Origin: Felis catus
Taxonomy: Eukaryota
Length of the DNA stretch: 64,000 nucleotides
Assembly (NCBI RefSeq): GCF_018350175.1
Contig: NC_058383.1
Span: forward strand, 8,620,001-8,684,000
Direction of reading: 5' to 3'
Positions within the stretch are counted from its first letter, which is position 1. Each line of letters starts with the position of its first letter. The translations under genes and the position numbers were made by a program. This document shows, one piece after another, positions 63,153 through 64,000 of the stretch. The notes under the pieces are model-generated. The model searched no databases, was not told the origin of the DNA, and was given only the letters and a program-made list of their open reading frames with translations.

Positions 63153-64000
63153 ACGCACAGCCTCACACCCAATCCTGCCTCATCCTCATCCTCAGCCTCA
63201 CAGGGAGGCAGGCACGTGCGCTTTCCACCCTTACACAGGATGATCAGGGCGACGTGCTGCCATTCCTCTGCGTTGCCTGTCCACCGTCGTTGTGAGCGAG
63301 AGCCGTCTTCCTTGAAGAAGGAGGGCTCGGTTGGTGTTGGTAAAGCTGGCTGGCTTCTGCTTTGTGTCACAAGGAAGGAAGGATGTGAGCGCTGTCGTCG
63401 GAAACGGGCTCACCCAGAGATCCGCTCCGTGAAGACCCCGGCCCCGGCGGCCGAGGCGGTGGGGGGGCGAGGCCAGCCCGCGGTGTGTTCGTGGAGGCAC
63501 AGGTGTCACAGGTGTGGCAGGAGGGCAGGCTGCCGTCTGTCGGTTACTCACGAGCAGCTGGGCAGTAAAACAGGTGTCTGGCTCCCTCTGGTCTCCGAAC
63601 TATAGATGTTCTTCTGATATATCCTTATTTTGTCATTCAGTTTCATGGGAGGTGCTTTCTCCGGCTTCGATCGTAAGCTCCGGGAAGGTACGGATACCTC
63701 AGATCCTCCTCGGTCCTTGGCTGGATTGGCTGGTTGGGTAAATGCTAGAATACAGATGTGCACTGAGTGGTCCAGACCCCCCTCCCTCGCCGCTGAGTGT
63801 GTCTGTGGGGGACAGAGAGAGAGGGTGGCAGCGTGGAGCGGTCGGAAGCCCACCGTGTGAAGTTCTTCGGGAGAAAACCAAGGCTCAGAGAGGGCCACTG
63901 TTCTCCCCGGAATCACACGACAGGCCCTCAGAGGACCTAGGGACACGCGGGCGGGGTGTGCGCTCCCTCGGGCCCAGCCGCTCCGCACGTCTCCGCTGCA

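Overview
Mammalian genomic DNA, almost certainly a felid such as the domestic cat: it is full of feliform-type CAN-SINEs (SINEC_Fc-like) and contains a carnivore L1 3' end. The window lies inside CUX1 (CUX1/CASP) on the + strand. Only one coding exon is present, the 111-bp exon 2 at 42222-42332 ([37 protein letters not shown]). It is flanked by more than 42 kb of intron 1 and more than 21 kb of intron 2. The rest is intronic: about 18 CAN-SINEs (several with clear target-site duplications), young and old L1 fragments, L2/MIR relics, DNA transposon fossils (Tigger2a-like, MER3, MER5B-like), microsatellites and a degenerate 19-20-bp minisatellite. I found no evidence for a new protein-coding system; the long ORFs in the track look like GC-rich chance ORFs. 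The best second-look items are: a minisatellite whose unit contains the U1 snRNA 5'-end / antisense 5' splice-site motif; a retrotransposon target site used twice (three TSD copies around a SINE and an L1); strong strand asymmetry of (TG)n and poly-C tracts relative to transcription; inverted SINE pairs bracketing the symmetric exon 2 (circRNA/ADAR candidates); templated-insertion repair scars; and repeat-free AT-rich blocks that may be conserved enhancers. Repeat subfamily names come from recall of consensus sequences, not a database search.
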